Shown: one piece after another, positions 25,547 to 35,822 of the stretch
How positions within the stretch are numbered: the first letter of the stretch is position 1
Layout: each line of letters begins with the position of its first letter
NCBI GenBank assembly: GCA_010405405.1
Contig: MU004234.1
Coordinates: 2,068,882-2,108,375, forward strand
Source of the DNA: Microthyrium microscopicum
Lineage: Eukaryota
Direction of reading: 5' to 3'
Length of the DNA: 39,494 nucleotides
Notes under the pieces: generated by a model
The model's database searches: none
Seen by the model: the letters and a program-made list of their open reading frames with translations, nothing else
What the model was told of the DNA's origin: nothing
Translations under genes and position numbers: made by a program

Positions 25547-27023
25547 TTTGTACTCTTAACTTTTGCAAGATATGCATGTGGCCTTGAAAGAACTAAGAGG
25601 AAATGACGTTGATATAGAACAGATCGTGGTCGGGTCGTGGCGAAGGTCCAAGCTCAATCTCCACATGGGTTAGTCAACTATCCCTGTTCTTGGCAAGGCT
25701 GAAACCACAAGGCTGCAAGTATAGAGTTAAATCTATGTTGTTCAGAGGAACTGTGTTTGACGAATAAAAGCCTTTCGAAAGCCTTGTCATGTGTTTAGAC
25801 AAAGGTTATATTATCAAAAAGCAAGCTTTATCTGTCAGTGTTCTAGCAAATTAGACAAGCAAAAACTACGGAAATGACCGGTATATAAGTATATTGGATT
25901 GTAGCAGAGTTTCCCACATAATCTTTGCAGTTATCTCTTTCGTTATTTCAAATACATTTTCACCTTCTCTCTATATGTAGATACAAATGCTACACATCAA
26001 AGGCGAGCTAGTAGTCGATCATTGGGAGCACTTAGTTATGTCCTGTGCTGCTAGACGATTATTCTCTTTATGTCTACTTCTCCATATCAACCAGATTTTC
26101 TCCATCATCACCACTGCAGAATTGGTGCTTCACGAAAATCCCTGGTTATAGTCATCTGATCATGCATCAGGATAGTCCAAGCTCAACTCAGCATCGTGTT
26201 TGGCCAAATTCATGTCCTCTCGACAAGGCTGAACATGGAAGGCTGAGAACGCTTAACTTTGGGCGTTCAAAGTAACAAAAATATATAAAATAGCGTAGGT
26301 TGACTTTTACTCTCTGGAGCGCATTTCAATGATGCATTTTGTTCTGATTTAGATCGCTGCTTTCTTGGAGACACGCCTGCTTCAATGTTGTAAGCTGAAG
26401 GCAAGCGCAGTCCAAGTTCGAGGTAGAAATTCCGTCGTACCTGCCCCATCCTCACCTACCTCATCACCATCAAATCAGAGCCGGGCTGAACTACACCTCA
26501 CAAAAATTTGGAGTCCTTGAACCCCATAGCTTTTAAAAATGTATCGGTGCTGGTCTCCCTCTCTCTCTTTCTGCACCTCTCCCTGCTCACTGCAACATCA
26601 CAGCAACGACGCTGTCAGAGTACGATCATCCTGGACCTTGCGGTCATTAGGAGAGCACTTCTCATTGAAGTAAACCTGCAGAACAGCGGCCTCCATCACA
26701 GCCGGTGTCAACTCCAGTTCAAAGGCCACGCATTCCTAAGTGACCAAAATGGGCTGCAGCTTGAGTGATCGTCACCAGCCATTGTCAAGCATAGATCCAG
26801 CACTCTCGTCGGTCAGTGGCGCTCGTGGTAATCGGACCTCTGCTTTGAGCTAATTTGGAAAGTACATACAGCCATCACTTACCCGACCAAGTTCGACGGA
26901 CGGACAGATTCCAAATGTAGCCCCGTACGAAATGCCTTTGAGTATGTTGATCCGCTCCATAGTCTTTCCCTGTTTTTTACTTCCCTTCTGCTTGGTGACC
27001 AGACTTTCAGCACGACCTACCGC

Positions 27024-28687
27024 ATGAAACATCTGGTCCTAGCAGCTCGTGCTCTATTCTCGTGTTGCACTTTATGCGCACCTGCAGTTGGAAGACTTCC
27101 AATCTATCGCTACATGACTGATGAAGAAAGACAATGGCGAAAGTTCCAGTTGCTGAACTAGGGTGGAAGCTTTAACTAATATCTTCATAGTCAAAGACGG
27201 GAAATGTAATGTTGATCGGAAAAGAGTTCAAGATGAGTGTGCGCGATATATGGAAACTACCCTCCCGCGCGAGGGTAGACCCTTCTTTGCAGCTTCCAGA
27301 TGCTCATGTGGCATCCAGCTCCCATGTGTGCTTTGCAACGACGTTGAATTGTTCGCACCTCCCACTGCGTTCTGTGCCGCATCCGTGCTTATCCAACGCG
27401 AATTCCTCTCTCTTGAATATGAGTACTGGATCACCCAGGCCGCAGGTGAAGATGATTTGATCATTCATACAGATGGATCGGGAAAGAATTGGCACTGGGG
27501 CGCTGCTGCTTTCTACCGGCGGGGTGGTTCTTTCTCGAAATGGCAGAAGTGGGCTGACAGTGGCCTGGGGGTTTGGGATAAGTTTTGCCCTGAAAGTGAG
27601 CCACTTGCTCTTGAAGGTGGTTTGAAGATGGCACTAAAGGATGAATTTGGTAAGACTATTCTGTTGGTTGGATGACATTGCTAACAAGTCCTTAGCTGGA
27701 ATTCGCCGCGTGATTATATTCACCGATTCACAGACATCTCTCGATTCCGTTGCTATCCCAGCATATTGCGCATCGAATCCGACATTCCATCGCGTTGTCG
27801 ATCGATGTAGGGGCCTTATACAAGAAATCTCCGACAGGGGCATTGCTGTACAGCTCAACTGGGTCAAGGGACACAATAGTTGCCATACCAATAATCTTGT
27901 GGATCAGCATGCAGTCAACCACCGTGAAAATTTGGAAGAATCAACCGCCAACAACCCAACGCTACAAGCGGATTGGCGATGGAAAAAAGAAAGCGCACAA
28001 ACCTTTCAAATCCAAATAGATGCTCTGAAACGACTCGAGGCTTCTGACGAGCCTAGAACCAAGTACGGCCCGCAAAAGCTGGCTAAACTTGAGGAGCGAC
28101 TGCAAGAAATCATCAAGAGAAACAAAAGATCGGAGGCAGCCAAACGTCAAAAGCGGGCGTCTAGGCTTCGGGAAGACCCTATCAACCTGTTCGCGTTGGT
28201 AAGAAATATGACTGCAGAGAAGTTCCACCATGACAAGGTCGCTCCAGTCCATCTCTTTGTGTCTGTACAAGACATGAACGCAAAGAATGCTCACCAAACG
28301 CGATGCCGGCTGTTTGTCAAACGCCGTGAGCTATTGGCCATCTTGAAGATCATTGATGGTGCATTACGCAATCCGCCGGTTTCTTATTCATTCCGAGACG
28401 AATCGAATTGGGGTGCAATGGATCTGGCCAACTTGTATCGTGCTGAGTTGAGTCTGTTCGAATTGGATGATATGGACTTGGAGGGCTTGGACTTGAATCA
28501 GGTAAATCTGGATCTTGTCGACTGGGATCTTGTGGACTTGGATCTTGTTAACCTGGTTGCTTTCAATGTTGGCAGCTTGAATCGTTCGGAGTTGGAGCGA
28601 GAGAGATGTGTATTGCTAGGTGTTCTGGGCATCTTTGATGAAGAGCTGTCACGGATAGCTCAAAGACACAATTGGGCCAAGGGATAA
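27024..28687 (+). CDS. Stand-alone RNase HI-family protein with Cys cluster and long helical C-terminal extension (copy 3); 5' end unresolved
   Basis: Intron 27650-27695 (GTAAGA...GCTAAC...TAG) fuses ORFs 27163-27675 and 27641-28687 in frame (…KDEF/AGIRRVIIFTDS). Motifs HTDGS, PESEPLAL, IFTDS, WVKGH, NNLVD. Acceptor at 27190; the start at 27024 is tentative. Confidence 0.75.
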
Positions 28688-30130
28688 GGAGTCGCCCAAG
28701 AACTCATGGTCCCAAAGCCTATGCGACGGGAAGAAGGATCAATAGGAAGACTTATCGCCTCTCGATATTTCGATGAAGAACCTCAAAAATGCAAGGACGT
28801 TCGCAATTACGTCGTTTAACTGTCGGCAAGTCACAACTTAGGATTAGGCGACTTTGCCTATGAGCACGTAGACAAGCGTCACAATAACCCCAGGTTCGCC
28901 AGAGAGTTGCATGGATTGATTGATGGGGAAAGTTATATGAGAGGCATGAGATCGCATTCCTTTGACCAAATAATCGATTCTGTTGCTATTTCATGAAAGA
29001 GAGAGTCGAGTTCCCCGGCCCTCCATAGTTTTGTGTGCAGTGTTGCGTTTCCGGTCAAGGCGACGTAGTGGCTCATCAATACCTCACTCCTAAGTATTAT
29101 CTGTGTCGGATTGGAGTCAGAACTTGGCTTCTGGGCATTCTCTCGACAGAGGGATCTTTCTTTGAGCATTCGTGAGAGCAGAGAAATAAAGATGGTTACA
29201 TAGTCAAGGGTAACTCAACAACCATCAGGCCGAGAATAGAGAGCCACTTACCAGAGAGCCTTAATATTTAGGCGGAGGAAAACTTTACACTGTCCTTGGG
29301 CCAGAACATTCTACCTATCCGTACTGGTAGCTTTAAACACAACGCACTCTGTCAGTTGACTTTATAAACCTAAATCGCTTCTAGCATTCGTGACTTGAAC
29401 ACAATCTCTTCTTGATTTTCGTGTGGGTTCAGCATTCCTGGTCATGGCCCAATTACGCGCTGGTATATATGGAAGGTAGAGAGCGATTTAAATAAAATAA
29501 GTTGAGATTGCGAGATTGCTTGTAGAATGAAGTTCGAGACAATGTGCTATAGAGGGGGTGTATTCTGTGTTATATAGCAAATGAGCAGAATTACCTTCCA
29601 ATGTGCTGTGGTCTTCTGCTCTTCATAGTCTAGATTTCTACGGTATTTCTGGGTCCTTGGATTAGGAGACTAACCGCTTTGGGGGACAGCTGTAAGAAGC
29701 CTAACCGTTTCTAGGTTGAAACCTTCAGTGCTCTGGTCGACTTCATCGCCATCCATCCAACAAGGATCCTTTTTTTTGCCTTTTTAGCCTGGTATGTACG
29801 ACTATGTTCTTTCTATTCAAATCTAGAGCAAACCAATATTTTATTTTTTTTCCTTGGAAGTTTTCGTTTTCGAACGGGCGGCAAGGTAAACAAACCCCCT
29901 GCCTCAGCCTTATGGTCACAAGGCTAGGCTACTCAGCGTACTACTCTACCGACAATAGATAATTTTGAAAAGTAGCATCACCGCTTGGATTGATATCATC
30001 TTAGACCCGTGAACGAAGCCTGTTCAGGTTTTGCTGGACCAGTTCTCAATCTTGTAGTTTAGAAAAAGCTCAGTGTTTCACAATCAACCTCTGAGTTATG
30101 CCTTAGGTTAGGAATTTGGTCTTCTAATAG

Positions 30131-30196
30131 CTGGGTTGATTGGAACGTTCCACTGGGTTGATTGGAGATTGGAACACTGGGTTGATTGGAACACTG
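30131..30196. repeat. Short imperfect tandem repeat of CTGGGTTGATTGGA(AC), 3 copies
   Basis: Three copies visible directly, with a partial GATTGGA duplication. Confidence 0.85.
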
Positions 30197-31304
30197 AAGA
30201 GACGGCCAGCACCTATGAGGTATCGTGATTCAAGGAGCGATCTTGGCCTTACTATTTGATACCATATATTACTAAGATGGTTTCGTTGCTTTGGAGATCT
30301 TGTACTTTGCTATGAGCTATAATGGTGTTTAAAAAAGGTTGCTTAATTGACTCGGATATTCGATCAATGTAAAAACATATTATTGAGGTTTTTTCAGTAT
30401 ACTAAGGTAGGATATACTATAAGTACGAACAGCTATAGGTTTCAATTACTTATCTTGTGTGTAGTTTCTATTTCTCTAGGATTCTACATCGCTAAGCTGC
30501 TCGTAACCAACGGTCGTCATTGGCTGTTGGGTGCTGTGGTGAGGTGAATGGTCGGGTTGCTTTAACCGCTTTCGAACTCCTCGACGATAGTCGTTGAGGT
30601 TTAATCAGGCGCTCTGTTCAATCCTCACGAAGGCCATCACATTAATAAGTTCAAGAAACAACTGAGTTTGGTTGGATATCGAACAATGACGGTTTTTCAT
30701 AGCAGGCACAAAAAAAAGACCACCTAACAAAATAAAATGAGAAGAAGTAAGAACCTGCTATTTTTTTGCTCTTTCGTGATTTTGACCAGTTCTGCTTTTA
30801 CTTCTGTAAGACCATGTCTCTCAATCTTGTATACTTGATAGCGACGCGCAGAAATCATTTCTTCTTTGATTCGTTATGGCAAGAGCGAGCTTTGGAGGTC
30901 GCAACACGGGCTCCATGAGAATGCTTTTTTAGGTCCTGATGAACTCTTCAAATCCTGCCATGAAAGAGCACGAGGCGTACCGGTGACTTTGTTTCTGCGG
31001 ATTCGCTTGCCTTTACAGTTTATTTAATTATCAAATTATCAAGCTGCTCACAAGCTGAAGCAAGTCTAGGTTGTCGGAACAAAACGCGTTAAAAGATTGA
31101 CTCTCTTCCAGTTGTAACATCACAAGTCTTCTCTCAACATGCCAAGCTGATTCTGCTCACTCTTTTCTTTGCTTTGATAAAGATAGAAACTAAAGCTTCT
31201 TTAAGCAGCCGCAGCTATCGATAATTTTTCAAGCCCAATCGTCGCGGTTGGTCGTTGTCGCACCGACTGGCTCAACTTGATACCGTAGAGTCTTGAGCAC
31301 CTTC

Positions 31305-32977
31305 CTAAGATGCTGCATCACCGGAACTGTCCCCAGAAGTCAATCGTAGCTGACTTTTCTGCCTCGCCAGATCCCGATTATGAAGATGGCGCATGAGGAG
31401 GATGGTTCCTGCCGCTGCTACTCCAAAGCCAGCTGTAACGTAGTTTCCGGCAACAATGTACGGTTGCTTATTAGCAGGGAAGGTGAATATAGGTAACCAA
31501 GCGGTAAAGATGTATGCTGCTGAGTTTAGTCTACAAACTTGGAAGGAAAGCTTCTTCGCTTAACGAAATATCAGTTGAACTAACCAAACGCGTTCATTAG
31601 AGCACTGACGTATGCTCGCTTCTCAGGATCATGTCTATTCACCTCGTTCACCCAGGTCCATGTGATACCTGCTGCCGTGCCAGTGAGTGAGGTTAGATAG
31701 TAGAGAGCCCAGCGTTTTCCTCGATGGGTAGGATGAACAGGTGTTGCGGCAAGAGCGATTGGGAAGATGACTGCCATTGTACTGGCGAAGAACATTCCCG
31801 GCCATCGAAGCGAGCCAGGCAGGCTGTCTGAAACCCAGGAGTTAATCAGGGTGCAGCCGATGGTAACGATATTGATTCCCAGGGGAATGAGGTTGATCTG
31901 AGGCACGGAGAAGACAGACGGCCGTCCCTTGACGTTATAGCTTTTCACCCAGAAAATCATTGATCCGCCAGACTGGCCAAATTGAGACATAAAAGCAAAC
32001 AAAAGAGGGAACAGGAAAGTATGCCAGGTCGTATGCCAGCGCTTGATGTCCTCCCACTTGCATAATCCAGTCAGTGGCTTCTTCTCTGTAGGCATTCTTG
32101 CCCGCGCTATTTCCACCTCTTCTTGTGTGAAGATCCAGTTCTTCTTTGCTCGAGCAGGCAATTGAGGGATAGCAAATGCAGTCCATATAGCGCAAGGAAA
32201 GGAGATGCAGCCACAGACTATATACATCCATCTCCACCCAGCGAGACCAGCGGTCCCATCCAAGCCAGCGTAGACAGCGGCCATGAGAAATCCCGAGAAA
32301 AGTGGTCCAACTCCTGTGGCAATTTGAATAATCGTATTGCGTCGCGCCAGCTCATGAGGTCTGTAGTAACTCGAGCATACGTACATTACCGCTGGAAAAT
32401 GGCCCGCTTCGAACAAGCCAACGAAGAAGCGAAAGAAGTAAAGTTGTGTAGTATTGTGAACCCCAGCATGGGCAAACGTAAATATCGTCCATAAAAGTTC
32501 CAAAGATGCAATATAGATCGGCACATTGACTCTGGTCAGTAGCAAGTTGGAGGGGATCTGCCCGATTACATATGCGGCACTCCAGATGGCGTTGGCGTAG
32601 TTGAGCTCTTTTCCGTATAAAGAAAGATCCTCCTTCATACCGCTATTGAAAGCGTTGGTGATATTGACTTGGTCAAGATAGCGGCACATGACGCCCAAGG
32701 CAGCTGCAGATATCAGTGTCAGGTCGAGTTTGGTGAGGAAGCGAGCTTCCTCTTGGGGAACGTCGAGGGTTGACCAGATATAGGACCGCCAGGTCTTGTT
32801 GGAGTCTTTGTACGCATTGATCGGTCTTTCCTGCGAGCCACTTCGGTCAGATTCGCTGTGAAATGAAATTTCTTTCTCCTCCAAAAACGCTTGTTTAGAA
32901 CGTCCCACTACCGAAGTATCTCTTTTGATGTCCTCGGACGTAAGGGTGCTCGGGACTTTTTCTTGAAGGTTGGACAT
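31305..32977 (-). CDS. MFS anion:cation symporter family permease (pantothenate/allantoate-like)
   Basis: ATG 32977. KLDLTLI, YLDQVNITNAFNSGMKEDL, GQIPSNLLL, RFFVGLFEA, GWRWMY, PEKRA. One intron near 31584-31518 (GTTAGT...CAGCAG); stop TAG at 31305. Confidence 0.9.
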
Positions 32978-33392
32978 CCTTTCAACTAAACGAAGCAAAA
33001 AATGAGACAGTCAGCAATCTTCAAATCGCCGGACCTCCATCTCTGACCTTTTTAATAGTAGTATCAATTCTGTGCCGAACATCGGCTTGGTGGCAGGATA
33101 GCATGCATTGGGTGTCGCAAATGCCAACTTGTATGGCGACATTTCGCTCTGCACTCCATCAACGGCAGCCAAAAGCAAACTTATCTTGATGCAAAAGTCA
33201 TGCTTGAGCGATTCGAGCGTCTAGATCTCCTTATGGCAGGAAAGCTTGGTAGGTAGAAGAAGTAAACACTAGTTGGCTACGTGCTAGGCTATCCACATGT
33301 AGCCTTCTCCGATGCATGATATCAACCGAGTTGCTTTGACCTAGCGTAAAAGGAGCGATATGATACTTATATCAACCAAATTCAACAATCGT

Positions 33393-35201
33393 TCAGCATC
33401 TATCTAAACCTCTGATCAGATCCGCAGCTTTCTCTGCAATACCATAAACCGGCATCTGCGGATGACCTTGGTTCAGTCGAGGCATAATGCTAGCGTCAAT
33501 AACTCTCAGTCCCTGGACGCCATACACTCGCAACTTTTCATCCACTACCGCTAGACCATCATCTGCTGCTCCCATCTTGCACGTTCCTACGGGGTGGTAC
33601 GTTGTCAATATAGCATTTCTCACATATGCTCTCCAATACTCGATTGACTCTGGATGCGAAGTCCCTGCCGGCCAAGATCCTGTGACAATCTTCCCAGTGG
33701 GTCCATTCATGACAATTTCGTGAGCCCAGCGAGTAGCCTCAGCCAGGACAAGCTCGTCGATGGGATCTGATAGATAGTCGTGGTCAACTTGGGGGTTCTG
33801 CAATGGGTCTGTCGACTTCAGTGTCACTTTTCCAGCTGACTGTGCATTCAATAGCATGCTGAACATCATGAATGCGGCTTTACCTTCTGTGGGAGCACCC
33901 TCTGGGGTAGGCGCTAGGTAGCATTCAGTGTTGAAGAATTCGACATTTGGTTGTCGCGGTGTGAGGCCCATAGCATCACGACCTGAAGTAGCGGCACTGG
34001 TCCATTCACTATCGCTCCTCAGCCGTTCGTCCATGCGAGCGTAGGCAAACACACCGAAGGGAAAGGTTGAAAGTGCGCCGGATCGAGAGGTCTGCCAGGC
34101 GTCAACTGATTTTGCCATGGCTCCCGGATAGTACATCTCTTTGTCTAGAGTGAGATCTGGCGAGTTGACCTGGTATGCTAATATGGTACTCTATCAATCT
34201 ACTTTTAGCCAAATCGTGGTTAAAGTGCTTTTGATGTGACTTACTGGGTGATCTAACAGATTCTCGCCCACTCCGGGTAGATCTTTTACGATAGAAATTC
34301 CAAGCTCCTTCAATTCCTGCCGTGGTCCAATGCCAGATCGGAGCAAAATCGCCGGGCTGCAGTACGCACCAGCGGAAATTATAATCTCTTTTCTCGCACG
34401 GATTGTAAGACGCTTCTCATTCTGCCCAAGAACATTGACTGCCTTCGCCCGTGGAGGATTATGCTCATCAAAGACAACACTTCTCACCGTGGTATTGCAC
34501 AAGATCGACAAATTCGGCCACTTTGCTCTCTCAGCAACAAAGTCTGCGCCTGTGGACCTGTTTCCTTCGTGCACTGTCCGTAACGCATGTCCGCATCCTA
34601 CCGCCACTTCTCCAGTAGAGAACATATCCTCACACACAGGCAGCCCAGCTTTCTCGTAGCTCTCCATCACCAACTCCGATATTGGCGCCAATTTATGCGG
34701 CGCCACATGGATCGGGCCACTATTACCATGCACAGCTTCTTTACCCTTAAACCACTCATTACCATGAAACGTCTCCGCCTTGGCCATATAAGCCCACATA
34801 TCATCACCGCTCCAGCCTGGCATATTCCAGTCGTCAAAGTCCTGCTTCGTTCCACGAATACACAGCGTGCCGTTGACACCAGATGAGCCGCCCAAGAATC
34901 GACCTCGCGGGCAAGCGATTTGCCGTCCATTGGCTGGCGCGTCAGTGAAGATGTTGAAGTCGTCGGATGTGCCGATGCGATTGAACAGGTCGCCTGCCAT
35001 CTTCATGGTCGGGATTTCGAGACTGTCGCGGCCTGCTTCGAGGAGGAGGACTTTGGAGGTTGGATCTTCGGCGAGGCGAGCTGCTAATACACAGCCTGCT
35101 GTGCCGCCGCTGAGGAAGGATTAGTTATTGGAGCGGCTTCTGTTGGGCATTGACTTGGAAGGGACTTACCCGCAGATGATATAATCGTATTCGTTGTCCA
35201 T
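33393..35201 (-). CDS. GMC oxidoreductase (choline/glucose dehydrogenase-like, intracellular)
   Basis: ATG 35201. YDYIICG/GGTAG FAD motif across an intron, RGRFLGGSSGVNG, SGIGP, VGENLLDH, YHPVGTCKMG, GLRVIDASIMP, IAEKAAD. Confidence 0.93.
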
Positions 35202-35822
35202 TGCGTGGACGTGCGATGGATTATCTGTGAGCAGGAACAAGTTGCGTTTCTATGGGCCTCGAGATCGAACCTTAAACGTGAAAGCAACTTTTGAGTAATC
35301 GCAATTTTGTTTGAATCCATTGTCGTTAAATAGGCGGAGTACGAACTAGTTCAATTTGTCCCTTTGCACAACTGTACCTTTCCGGTGACGCACAAGGTCA
35401 GCACTAAGCACTGCGAAGGGATCAATATCAACAGCCTTAGGCCGTGATCAGCGAATTGAGAGTCTGGAGTTTGCTGCAGAAGTAAGCCGGTTGTCAAAAA
35501 GTACAGAATTGTCAACAAAGGGCCCTGCAGGAGCCTCCTTCTCTGTTGTTGTCCCGTTCGGTCACCGGTGAGCAACTCGGAACTTACGATAGTGATTGTC
35601 CTAAATGCCTACGTTCAGCGCATCGTGTTGTTCCTTTTGATTTCCGAGATCATATCGTCGTCCAGTGTATACATGTCGTCGAGGTAGTCGAACACCAGAT
35701 ATGAGCAATTGAAGACTTCAACTATGAACAAATTAATATTAAATAGTGCTAATCATAACGACGTCTATATACTCGTCCCCTCATCTATCTATCTATCCAT
35801 AGGTATATACCGCCAATAAAGT

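Noticed and set aside
27641..27695. Programmed frameshift or two separate genes at the overlap of ORFs 27163-27675 and 27641-28687
   Set aside because: A canonical 46-nt intron explains the frame change.
1781..28687. RNase H ORFs as parts of intact LINE/LTR retrotransposons
   Set aside because: No RT (YxDD), endonuclease, integrase, gag CCHC knuckle, LTRs or TSDs are visible; introns are present in copies 2 and 3.
29651..29769. 5S rRNA gene (119 nt, terminal stem, T-run)
   Set aside because: The internal sequence lacks the conserved 5S motifs.
30131..30196. CRISPR-like array
   Set aside because: Only three short copies with no real spacers, in a eukaryotic context; simple slippage repeat.
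31272..31307. Possible premature TAG or readthrough at the end of the ACS permease
   Set aside because: Only 10 further codons follow in a disordered tail; cannot be distinguished from a normal stop.
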